The notes under the pieces: generated by a model
What the model was told of the DNA's origin: nothing
Database searches by the model: none
Seen by the model: only the letters and a program-made list of their open reading frames with translations
Shown: positions 25,121 to 36,970 of the stretch, piece after piece
How the letters are laid out: the number at the start of each line of letters is the position of its first letter
Numbering within the stretch: position 1 is the first letter of the stretch
Position numbers and translations under genes: made by a program
Source of the DNA: Vitrella brassicaformis CCMP3155
Taxonomy: Eukaryota > Protista > Chromerida
DNA: 64,000 bases
Assembly (NCBI GenBank): GCA_001179505.1
Contig: CDMY01000495.1
Coordinates: 1-64,000 of the forward strand
Direction of reading: 5' to 3'

Positions 25121-25885
25121 ATGGCGAAGCTGACGGGTCCCGAGTTGTGTGAGGCGGAGCTCAAGAGCCTCCTGAAGCGAGACCGTAAGGTGTACTACAC
25201 CACCCCGTCGCTCAACGACCAGCTGTACATCCACTACCGGGGATACAGACGCCTCCAGGCACTCGAGCCCTTCACCGGACTCAAAGTCCTCTACGCTGAG
25301 GGAAATGGTACAAGGCGGGACGGGGCGGCGTATCGATGGTCGTTCGTTGCATGCGGGGGAACGTCGAGATGGGTGGGTGTCTCATGCCGTCTCCCTTCTG
25401 CGTTTGTTTGTGTGTGTGTGTGTGTCAGGGTTTCGGAAGCTGGAGGGGCTGGATGAGTGCCAGAAGCTCCGCTGCCTGTGAGCTGGGGTGGCCAACCAGG
25501 GGACTCATGCTGTGTGTGTGTGTGTTTGTGTGTGTTTATGTGTGTCAGCTACGTGCAGGAGAACTGCATCGAGAAGATAGAGGGTGTGGACAAGCTCAAG
25601 GACCTCCACACCGTCAACCTCTCCAACAACTTCATCGAAACTATCGAGGGGCTCGGTATGCCTTGAAAGCGCACAGAGGGAGGGAGGGAGCGAGAGAGAG
25701 ACAGCGCTTGTGTGCGTGCCGCTTTCTGTAAAAGGTGAGAATGGGAGTTTGGGTACGCTGATCATCCAGAAGAACCGTGTGGGCACCAATGGCTTATCGG
25801 ACGTCACCGAACTCAGAAACTACAAAGCCATCACGTACCTGTCTCACGCAATGCCCTCTGTCTTGTGTGTTGGTGTGACCTCCCG

Positions 25886-25921
<36 letters not shown>

Positions 25922-27627
25922 CAGTGTGTTGGATGTGTCGGACAACCAGATCGACGACCCCGCCATACTGGATGAGGTGCTCGTAGACATGCCCGCACTC
26001 ACTGTCCTCTACCTCAAGGGCAACCCGGTGGTACGCCACACAACCATATTACCCACCCTGTCCTGGGATCCACTCACTCCACAATGGAATAATGAGGTGT
26101 GGCTGACTTGTTTGTGTGTTGTGGTGTTTAGGTGAAGCGCATCCCCAACTACCGCAAGACGGTCATCAACACGCTCAAGAATCTCAGATACCTCGACGAC
26201 AGACCCGTATTCCCGGACGACAGACGGTCAGGGCAGTGAGTGAATGACGTTCGTTGCACTTTGCTTGTCTGTGTGCCTGACTGACTGGCTGACTGACTGC
26301 TTTCCATGCAGCTGTGCTGAGGCGTTTTGCCGCGGCGGTTTCCCCGAGGAGCGTCAGGAGCGGCGCATCATACAGGAGGAGAAAAGGGACGAGCAGAAGC
26401 GCAACCACGACGGTCGGGCACCCACACACCCACATAAAGAGAGAGGGACAGCCGTCCTTTGTTTCATGGCTCTCTGTCTGTCTGTGTACGCCTATTTGTC
26501 TGTGTATGTGTGTGGATGCGCAGCGTTTCGGCGCTTGATTCAGGAGGCGCGTCAGGAGAAGGCGGAGCGTGACAAGATGGAGGCCGAGGACGACCCACAA
26601 CTCGCCATACACGAGCACTGGAGACAGAAGGAGAAACGACGGTAGGAACGCCAGCCGACCTTCCCATGCATGTACCGTACCGTAACCGCACTCGAATGTC
26701 CATCTCTCTCTCCTTGTGTGTGTCAGATACTATGACGAGGAGGAAGACAGCGACCAGGAGAGAGAGCAACACTTTAGGTATATAGCCCCCTCTCACCCTC
26801 TCAGTGACAATTGTACCACTGCCTCCCCCTCTCTCTCTCTCTCTCTCTGTCCATGCAGAGGTGTGGCCCAGGACATCCAGCAGCAGGAGCAGAATCATCA
26901 TCACCACAATGACGGCATCTACGCCGAGCGCCGGCCGTCTGCCCTCTCCCGCCACTCCACCGACCTGCCCGGCAGCTGCAGCGAGCGGGCCAACACGCGA
27001 GAAGACTTCGACGACACCGAGAGCGCCTTACGCGCCCAGCAGACGGTGCAGTCATTCTCATTCGCAGGGCCGCAGCAGGACGAGAAGCAGCAATCGGGAA
27101 GCAAGGGTGGAGAAGGGGAACGAGATGACATCTGGGGAGAGGGGGATGGGGAGGGCGAGGGTCCGGAGAGAGGGGAGGAGAAGCCCACCAAGATTGCCAT
27201 TGTGGAGGAGGAGGAGGAGGACAGTGCTGATGAAGGTGAGGAGGGCGAGAAGGACCTCCCGCCCATGGAGAGATTCGAAGAAGACCAAGGAGACAACGGG
27301 CCTCCTCCCCTGATCGATAACAAGCGAGATGCAGACACCAAGACAGAGACAGAGCATCAGGGGGCCAAGAAGGCCAAGCCATCACCAGCACCAGCACCAG
27401 CACCAGCACCAGCGCCATCCTCCTCCTTCTACGAGCACCCCTTCATCCCATGGGCCAGCCATGACGACCCCAAGGACAAGGACAAGGACACGGACAAGTG
27501 CAGCACGACGGCCATGCCGGCCCCGTCGGCCGAGGCCATGGGGCGCAAGGTAGTGCAGACCATACAGAAGGACAAGGAGGGAGGGGGGGAGCAGGGGGAT
27601 GGCAAGAGCATGGAGGCTCTTGACTAG
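25121..27627 (+). CDS. DNAAF1: Dynein axonemal assembly factor 1 (ODA7/LRRC50) LRR protein
   Basis: [96 protein letters not shown], then an acidic tail. Confidence 0.9.
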
Positions 27628-28383
27628 CTAGGCTCACTCGTCAAACGATGCGTGTGGATGTGGTGTGGGGTGGGTTGGGCGGGGCGGGGCGGGGCGGCAG
27701 GCTTCGTACTTACATACGCATGAGGGAGGGGAGGAGTGTGTGTCTGTGTCGCTTTCAACGGCAGGTACATGACGCACCCAATGAATGTGCACTACGTATT
27801 GGAGTGGGGTGGGTGGGGTGAGAGACAGGTACACGACATGGGCATGTTTTCGGCCTACGCATAGATAGCATATGCCCACCACTCATCCAATCCACCATTC
27901 ATTCATTCAAAGCGATCGTTCGACCGGTCCTGCATGTGTTGTGTGTCCGCACCCACCACAGATGAGATGCCCACACACGCCCACGTCCGTCGGACATGGG
28001 CGGTCGTAGGGGGCGGCACGGCAGACTCTCTCCTCCCTACTCTTGTACTACCTGACCTGACTGACACCATTATACGATCCATCCATCCATCCATCAACGG
28101 CACATAGCTCACACACACAGACACAAAGCACTCACCGTCCCCATCGATGCATTCCATCATCGCACATGCGCTTCGGTCATTACAGTCAATCAATCACGTC
28201 ACCTCACCCACGCGTGCACGCACAAACCTCTTTCTTGACCGAGGCGGCGAAAAAGGACAACGGGACAAGGGAGCAGCCAAACACACGGCAGACAGACAGA
28301 CAGACATACAGACAGACAATCGGAGAGGGGCGGACCGGCCTAAGGGCTAAAGCAAGCAGCGCCTGTGTGGTGTGTTGGTCGGT

Positions 28384-29641
28384 CTACTCGCCACAGCAGA
28401 CCTCCACTGCCTTCTTGGGTGAGTCTTTGGGCTTGACGTTGACTTCGATGGCCTTGACCTTGCCGCCCCTCTCGATGATCACGTGAGACCTGTCGACAAA
28501 CACCCCGACACACACCATCAACATGGCGTGGGTGTGGGCGGTGGTGGGTGGGGACTTACCGCTTGATGCTCTTCGGTGCCTTGAGGACACCGAACGACTT
28601 GAGGACCTCTGTCGTTCCACACAGCAGGGAGTAGGGCAGGTCGATCTTCTCGTGCCAGTTGGACTGTAACAAACACACACACACAACACGCAGGAGAGAG
28701 GAGGTGAGTATCGTCGCCCCCCTCCCTCTCTCTCTCTCTCTCTCTACCTGTGCCTTGGTTTTGTCGAGTGACATGCCGAAGACCTCGAAGCCCGCCTCGC
28801 CCAGCTGCTCGTACACCTCCGCAAACCCCTTGGCCTGAAGCAACCAACACACACCCATTAGGTGCACTTCACGTGCACACGGATGGATGGATGAATGGAT
28901 GGATGGGTGGCCAGCCATCCATCGCAGGTCAGTTAGGTACCTTACCTGTGTGGTGCATCCGCCAGTGTTGGCCTTGGGGTAGAAGAAAATGATGACGCCC
29001 TTGTCCTTGTACACGTCACTCAGCTTCACTTTCTCGCCCGAGTGGTCATCCTGACACAGAGAGACAGAGAGAGCACCGAGGCGCAGAGGACGTCAGTGCA
29101 CTCGTCCGTCTGTATGGTTGCTGTGTCGTGTCGTCTTGCATTGGGGTGGGCGAACCAGCTCAAAATCGGGTGCCGTCTGGCCGACGAGGTCGCCTTCCGC
29201 CTCTTCCTCCTCCTCGTCGTCAGCAGCTGCCGCGGCGGCCGGCTCAGCCTTCTTCTTGGGCCTGCCCTTCTTCTTGGGGGGCTCCTTGACCTCCTCCTCC
29301 TCCTCTGCTGACATGGACACCACAGCACACACATCACATGCAGGTCAGGTGCGGGAGAGAGAGATCTGCAGATAGATCTGCGGCACACAGATCCGCTGCG
29401 TTCGTCGGTATGCTGACCGTGCTCGTCTTCCTGGTCGTGTTCCTCCTCGTCGTCATGGTGGTCCTCCTCCTCCTCAGGCTCGGCGGCCTTCTTCTTTGCC
29501 GCCGCCTTCCTCTTCTGCTTCGGTGCCTGGTGGACACGCACGACACAGACACATCACAGGCAGTGGAAGATCCTGACCCCCGCGACCTCCCCCGAATGCA
29601 TCCCGGGCGTGTGTGAGCCTGCGAGGCTGAGAGCCTACCAT
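28384..29641 (-). CDS. Peroxiredoxin Q/BCP (Dot5-like) with a basic/acidic N-terminal extension
   Basis: Coding part of exon 1 is just ATG (29641-29639), spliced to APKQKRKAAAKKK. Core: GQTAPDFEL, VIIFFYPKANTGGCTTQ|AKGF, VFGMSLD, LPYSLLC, RSHVII. Confidence 0.9.
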
Positions 29642-29859
29642 ATTTGAGCCGCCTCGCTAGGGTGCGGACGTCGCGAACGAGCGTGTCGACAAAGGCGCGG
29701 GCAGACCAGCCCTCAGCCCACTGGGAGAACAGTGCGAAGCCCGCGTACGCAATTACCGTCCAGAACGCCGCGTGGAACACCATGCGCGCTTGCAGTCTCC
29801 AGGTGGGGGCCCTGGGGGCCTTTTAAGACGGGGAATTCTCCTCCGAGTCGCCAGCAGAG

Positions 29860-32544
29860 ATGGCGTCGAAGCTTTCTTTCGCTGCCTTGCTGGCGGCTTT
29901 CCTGGCGTGCGTGAGGAGTGCCGCGGGTTTTCACTTCACGACTGAGTCGCGTGCGCTGCGTGAGCTGCTGAGGACTCGAGGGCTGCAGCCAGGGTTCGGG
30001 GGCTACCAGGACTCAATACACCCTTGCATGTGAGCACACAACACGCGAGGAGAGAGGGAGTGGCGCGGGAGTGCGGGAGACAGGGTCGTGGAGGCTCGGT
30101 GTCTTTGGTTGGCACCTGGTTGTCTCCCTGCCCCGTTTTGGTTGCTTGCTTCCCTTCTTCAGAGACCCACGTGTGCTGCCGCCCAAGTTCATCTATGACG
30201 GGGAAGAGTACAGATTCGACCTCGTAAGACAGACCACATAGTGCACGTACACACATCACATTCTATCCTCTGGCCCTCACTGCTGTCTCTCATTCCATTC
30301 TCATTCTAAATGCAGGTGATCAACGAGTCCTTCAGCTGCCACTTCCCCGCCGGAGGTCGGCACATTCACTCACTCACTCAGCCAGCCAGCCAGCCAGCCT
30401 CATACCATGCTTCTCCTCTCCCTGCATGTGATAGACTGCCAGCAGGACCCCGAGTACCACCACTTGCTGCAGACGTTCCACCTGGGCGACGCGGGCAGGG
30501 CGGCCTCGTCATACCATCGCAAATGCGTCACCGGTGAGGGAGAGGGAGGGAGGGGGAGAGAGGGGGGGGAGAGACACAGCATGGCATGCTGCTGGCAGAA
30601 TGGGACATCTGACTGGCTGGCTGATGTGCTGTGGTGTGCTGCAGTGGACACCAAGATAGAGGCGTTCAGATTTTCAATGGGTAGGCATGAGTCAACGAAT
30701 GAGGTCAGGGGAGGAAGGAGGAAGGATCGGCTCTCTTTGTGTGTGTTGTGACGGGACGTGACGGACCATTCCTTCCTTCAGACATCGACCTGCACTGTGC
30801 GGGCGTCAAGGTACGTGGCCATGTGTCTTTGTGCTACTGGACGGATGGATGGATGTGTGTTGTGTGCGTGTCGGTTCCTTCCTTACAGACAGCGAATGAC
30901 AGTTTGGTGACGTGTCGCGACATCGAGCAGTACTACCACCAGACGTTCAACCTTCTCTCCCACTGCGACAACGACAACAACCTCATCGTCGGCTTCTGCT
31001 CATACGCCTGCATGCAAGGTCAGTGAGTGAGGTCCGCACGACCCACACGTGATGGATGTGTGTCGTCGTGTCTCTCTGTTAACGACTTGGCGGATGATGC
31101 AGACATTCCGGTGAGCCGCCGAGAGACAGACAGAGAGAGAGAGAGAGAGTTTGTCAGTGTGTGGCCAAGAGAGAGACTCTGAGAGATCTTGTTGTTTGTC
31201 CTTTGCCGGCTTGTTTGCTTGGCTTGCTGGCTGCGTGTGCAGACGTATCACTGTGTGGTGGAGTTCGATCGCACCGGCAGCTATAACTTCGCGGAGGAGC
31301 CCATTATCGGATGTACACTCGCACCCCACCACAAGCACACACACATATACCGAAGGAAGACGGCTGCCTCTGCGCCGGTCTTGTTTATTGTTCAGGCGGC
31401 TGGTGTCAGAACTGCTCCAAGGACGGCGGAACAGGTGGGAAGAGAAAGTGACTGACTCCAAGCAGTGCGCGACCCGAGATTGGATGAGTGGGTGTCGTGT
31501 CGTGTGTCGATTCACGCCTATGCAGAATACAACTTCTTGGCCTGTGCCGGCCTGCCGCCAGACGTACGAGCTCGCCTCCCCCCCCCCCCNNNNNNNNNNN
31601 NNNNNNNNNNNNNNNNNNNNNNNNNNNNNNNNNNNNNNNNNNNNNNNNNNNNNNNNNNNNNNNNNNNNNNNNNNNNNNNNNNNNNNNNNNNNNNNNNNNN
31701 NNNNNNNNNNNNNNNNNNNNNNNNNNNNNNNNNNNNNNNNNNNNNNNNNNNNNNNNNNNNNNNNNNNNNNNNNNNNNNNNNNNNNNNNNNNNNNNNNNNN
31801 NNNNNNNNNNNNNNNNNNNNNNNNNNNNNNNNNNNNNNNNNNNNNNNNNNNNNNNNNNNNNNNNNNNNNNNNNNNNNNNNNNNNNNNNNACACACGCACA
31901 CAGGGATAGATAATGGGATGGACGTCTCTCTCTCTCCCTCTCTCCCCTGTGTGTGTCCTTTCTTTGGCTGGCAGGGCTCCCGTGTCGGCCGAGGAGCCAG
32001 GTCCGATTGTGCAGTCGTCAGGGAGGGAGGTGGACCCCGGTCCTGGCTCGGGGGGCGGCAGCGAGCCGGAGCCCACCACGACTGTCACGAAGCGTGACAA
32101 GCGTGCGGTGCAGCGGCTGTCGCTGCTGCTCCTCGCCGTCACGGCGCTATTCCTCATCTCTTTTGGGGCCGCCATCTACCAGTCCGGTATGTATGTATAT
32201 GTGCCTGCCTGCCTGGTGCTGTGCCGACAATAACTGCAGTGTGTGTCTGTTCTGTGTGTATTATAGTGTTGTTGCGGCGCGCGAAGCGACAGATGACGCA
32301 AGGCACCTTCCAAAACGATGGACCATTCGGTGCGCATCGTGTGTGCATTCTGCACATGTCATGTCTCTTCTCACCGCTACTGCGTGTGGGTGGGGTGGTC
32401 TTTGTTTGCCTGTCTGCAGGCGGCGTACAAGTATTCGGCCGTGCGAGCAACGAGGACCTGTCTGCGCCGCCAGCCAAGCCCTCATCGTCAGGGACGGCCG
32501 CGGCAGCATCAGGGGCGCCATCCAAGACTGTCGAAATGTGCTGA
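29860..32544 (+). CDS. Uncharacterised type I membrane protein with a Cys-containing ectodomain; multi-exon, contains a gap
   Basis: Signal peptide MASKLSFAALLAAFLACVRSAAG; small Cys-containing exons; TM LSLLLLAVTALFLISFGAAIY; short tail ending KTVEMC. Confidence 0.6.
31590..31889. other. Assembly gap (300 N) after poly-C
   Basis: N run preceded by a C homopolymer. Confidence 0.99.
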
Positions 32545-33151
32545 GCTGAGGCCAACGACCTAATATTATAGCAGTGCATGTGTGTGTGGGGGAGGGGTGG
32601 GAGAGGGGGAGGGGAGGCGGGGGCGCTGCCAAAGGCAGCACGCATTAAATTTTTGCGAGGGGTGGAAGCGAACAAAGGCACACACAGGATTCTCGTCTCC
32701 GTGTATGGTATGGGTGTGTGTGAGTGTGTGTGTGTAGTGAGACTTTGTCTGTGACATAGACGCGCTCACACGCTTATCCATCCATCCATCCATCCATCCA
32801 TCCGTTCTTGGGTGTAGCATCCTTTTGTGTCAAAGAAGAGCATTTCAATCCAATGTTGCGTGCGTGCGTGTGTGTGTCTCTGTGGGGGTGGGTGCATGTG
32901 TGTGTGTGTCTGTCTGTCTGCCTGTCAGTCTGGATCGACTTTACACGTACGCACCACATCAGATGCTGCATGTATTTTTGAAGTGATTGGCTGCGCTGAC
33001 GGTCCACTCACTCCTCATGTAAGTACGTAACCACTCGCTGGCTGGCTGACGCATATCTATCTATCGTGGCAGCACTACGCACCTCACCTCCCTATGTCTC
33101 GAGCACATGCACACACGCACCGGGACACCAGCGCCACCACAGCACTGCACC

Positions 33152-35186
33152 TCATGCAGGGGGCGACCCACTGAGCTCTCTGGGTCCACCCCGTGCCATC
33201 ATGCCGGTGCGTGCCATGGTGCCCTGAGCCAGCTGCCCCACTGAGTGCGACAGCTGGGAGAAGAAGCCCGGCCCTCTTGGTGAAGCCAGGGCGGCCCCTT
33301 CCTGTGACAGCTGGCCCTTTCTGTCGACCAGCTCCTTGAGGTCGTCGATGGAGATCTCGCCGTCGCCCGTCTTGTCGAAGTGCTGGAATGTCTTGTGGAT
33401 CTTGTCCAGGTCGTCCTTGTCCACCTAACACACAGACACAAACGTGTGTGCCCTCCGTCTGTCAGCCGGTCAAGCCACCCCCCACCAGTCTGGTCTTTTC
33501 GAGCATGTAGATGAGGAACTCGGCTCCCGATATGGCCCCGCTGCCGTCCTTATCTATCGCTATCAACCTGTCCACACACACATGCGCGGGGCTATATGTA
33601 TCCTCGCCTGATGGATGGATGGATGGCCTGCCTGACTACCTACCTACCTTTCAAGTGTGAGTGCCTTGGCGTAGAAGCGCTCCCTCTCTGCCCGCAGCCG
33701 GCTGTCCACAATCTGCTTCGTCACCTGCACCCATCCATATCAACACACGAGACACTACAGATTCGTTCTGAATCGGGACCCTTGTGTGTGCGCACAACGT
33801 GCCTGTCCGATGACATTTGACGTCATGATGACGCCGATGAAAACGTACAGGGTGCACACCATCTTGATGTACTCACCAGACGGCGTCAGATCTGCATGAA
33901 AGGGCGCGGCGCCCGTGGGTAGGTGGTATGCGCCGGGCAACATAGGATGTGTGTGCTGACCTCCGTATCCCACAGAAGTGATGGTGACGGTGCAGAAGTA
34001 GAGGCCCTCGAGGAACGTCCAGCCCTCAAAGTAGCTGAAAAAGAACTGCAATCAAGGCAGAGAGGGAACAAAGCAACCACGGCTGGATGGATGGCTTCGG
34101 GCCACATGGTGTGGCGTGTTGGTCGTGTCTGTCTGTACCGCTCCACTGAGGAGGAAGAGCACTATCTTGGTGAGAGAGACGGTGATCTTGAAGTACTGCC
34201 GCGTCTCATTATCCTGACGTCCCGTTATCGACAACACAGAACAAACATTCAGTGCAGAGCTTTGTCCCTCTCCTCGCTCGCCTCTCCCGGCCGACCATTA
34301 TAGCGGCGGCGGCGGCGCCCAGCAGCTCCTCCTCTCTGTCCTCCATTGCCTTGGCCGTCACGTGCCCCACAGCGAATGAGATCAGCCCCATGCTCATCCA
34401 GATGTATGCGACGGTGAAGCCTTGCATGGCCGCTGAGGTCGGCAGCAGGTCCCCGTAGCCAACAGTAGTCACTGGAGGGGAGGGAGGCAGCAACCAACAC
34501 AACCAGCAGACACGCAGACACGTAAGCTGCGTGTATGCAGCCAGCAAGACACAGCTTACTTGTCACCTGACAAACATAAGAAAGGAAAGAGCCGGTGGTT
34601 GTGTTTGTGTTTGCGTGTGCTTACTGCACAGAAATAGAGGGCGTCAACGATACTCCAGCCCTCCACAATGCGATACACAATGGCACTGCACACACGCACG
34701 GACACGCACAGGTGCGCAAACTGACAGACAGGGGCATTCATTGCATTCCGTCCTCTCCTTCTCTCCCTTTAGCCTTTTCCTCACCCACCCACCCAATGAG
34801 GTAGTGTGCGAAGAAGAGGACGGTCATCCACCCGATAAACGACGCTGACTCGGTATCGGACTGCGCACACACGGACGGGAGAACAAACACCGCACACAAA
34901 GATAGAAGAGAGAGTGATGGATGCACCATTGCCATATTCTTCCAGCAGTTTTTCATTGCAGACGTGCCTCAAATTCCTCCACATGGCCCCTGCCGCCGCC
35001 CGAGGTTGGTTGCGCCACAGGAGCGGCCGGCTGGCCCTCCTCCAGCCGGCCATCCTCTACTCTGTTGGTGGTGCCGGCCTCGTTGTGATGTGGCCTTGGG
35101 TGTGATGGTGGCGGGACGCTGCCGTAGCCGCCTGGGCCTGTGGTGGACGCTCCTTGGGAGTATAGATCTCTTCTGCATGACCTCAA
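33152..35186 (-). CDS. Two-pore K+ channel (TPK/KCO-like) with two C-terminal EF-hands; start uncertain
   Basis: EGWSIVDALYFCAV|..TTVGYGDLLP and EGWTFLEGLYFCTVTITSVGYG|DLTP; EF-hands IDKDGSGAISGAEF and FDKTGDGEISIDDL. Confidence 0.92.
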
Positions 35187-36970
35187 TTCTGAGTTTACAA
35201 TTGCCTGCGACGCCCGTCCATTCCGCGGTCAAAAACTCGCACAGACTAGCTAGCTGACTGAGATCAATCATGGCAGACGCACACGTACACACATCCACAC
35301 ATCCACATATGTATATGGACGTCCATGGATCGCCATGGATATTGATTCCTGCCAGCCCACCTAAAGAGGGAGAGAGGGCACGGCAGGCACATAAGAGACA
35401 GACACGCCACATTCCACCGAGCGCCTCGACAAAACACGAATTACGTCTCTCTCTCTCTGTCTTCCATCCATCCATCCATCGTGATACGACACGTCATCAC
35501 ACACTCCACTCAGTAGCCAGCTGGCTATATCTGTGAGTGGAGAGAGTGGATGGGACAATCGCAATCGCATGCACAGTGTGTGTCTGTCGGGATGCGATGC
35601 CTCGTGTGTGTCTCATTCGCTGGCCGCATCGCCTGCCTGGCCTGCCTGCACTGCACAGGCCCTCTGGCCTGGCTCGGCTCATCTGACCAGCCAGCCACGC
35701 AAGAGGCTCATGCCTAGCCTACATCATACAGAAGAATGGATAATTAGCGCCTGCCTGCCTGCCGCCTTCTGTCCTCTCTGCACGCGCTGTCAGGCGACCA
35801 ACAGATATTGGATTAGATAGTGACACGACATCATCACACACACACACACACATATATGCACACGCATGCCATGCACACCAACAGGTACGATGGACAGATG
35901 AGATGGAGACACAAATGCAGGCAGGTTGGGTTACCTATACACATACACACACACCAGACAAGCGCACAGAGAGAGCGAGAGGGGTCTGGTGGGTGGTGGG
36001 GAGGGGTGGGGTGGGGAGGGGCAGAGAAAGAGATTACACCTACGATCACAGAACAAAGGACGGAGCCATGGCACGATAGAGATAAAGGTAACAAACAGAC
36101 AGACAGACAGACAGACAGCTAGTGGGAGCGAGCGATCGTGGCGTGTTGCTTCGACCATCAGCACACGACTTCCCTCAGCCCATTCCGCATCATCGCGCGC
36201 ATTGGTACGCATCACACAGTACACGACACGCAGCTCTGTGTGCAGGGAGGGAGGGAGGGAGAAAGCTATGGCCGGACGTATCGTATGCATCAGGACGACT
36301 CGCACAGCCCAGAGCAGGTCAAGGCAGGTCAGAGCAGAGCAGAGACGAAGGGGAAGAAAAAAGCCCAACAAGCCATCCATTCCAATCAGGCGCAATCCAA
36401 TCGGTGAGAGCACACACGCGACACCAGGCAGGCAGGCAGGCAGGCAGGCAGAGGCAAGCAAAAAGGCAGACGGTCGGCACACACGCACGCACATACACAC
36501 ACACATACACACGCACTGCAGGACACACCCAAACCTCTCCTGCCCGGTCGGCACCCGGCTGCTGCTACTGTATGACACATCACACAGGCAAGACATATCA
36601 AACCTCAGACAGACAGACAGACAGACAAAGCAAAGCAGACAAACAAGCAGGCAGTATAGGCAAGAGAAACACAGGGGCTTCACCAGTGAGGTGGCGGGGG
36701 GGCTGGCGGGCAACACCGCACCGCAAACCGTCAAAACCCCACAGGTCACATCACGTCACGTCACGTCACTGAGACACATTTAGGTAGACGAATGCATCAG
36801 CCATGACATCAAGGCATATAATCTGACTGCATTGACAAAAGGCCACCCCAGCACACGAAAGGACCGGACCCAACACACATAAATATATACACCAGCCAAT
36901 GCCGTGTGCATGCCATGTGCATACCAATATTGCACTACCGATGCCCACCCCCACCGCGCCGCCCCATCAC

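Noticed and set aside
29334-29783. ORF MVFHAAFWTVIAYAGFALF..ARAF as a plastid presequence for PrxQ
   Set aside because: The donor after ..AAATATG joins the APKQKRK exon in frame only if that ATG is the start; in the MVFH frame the splice leads to a stop
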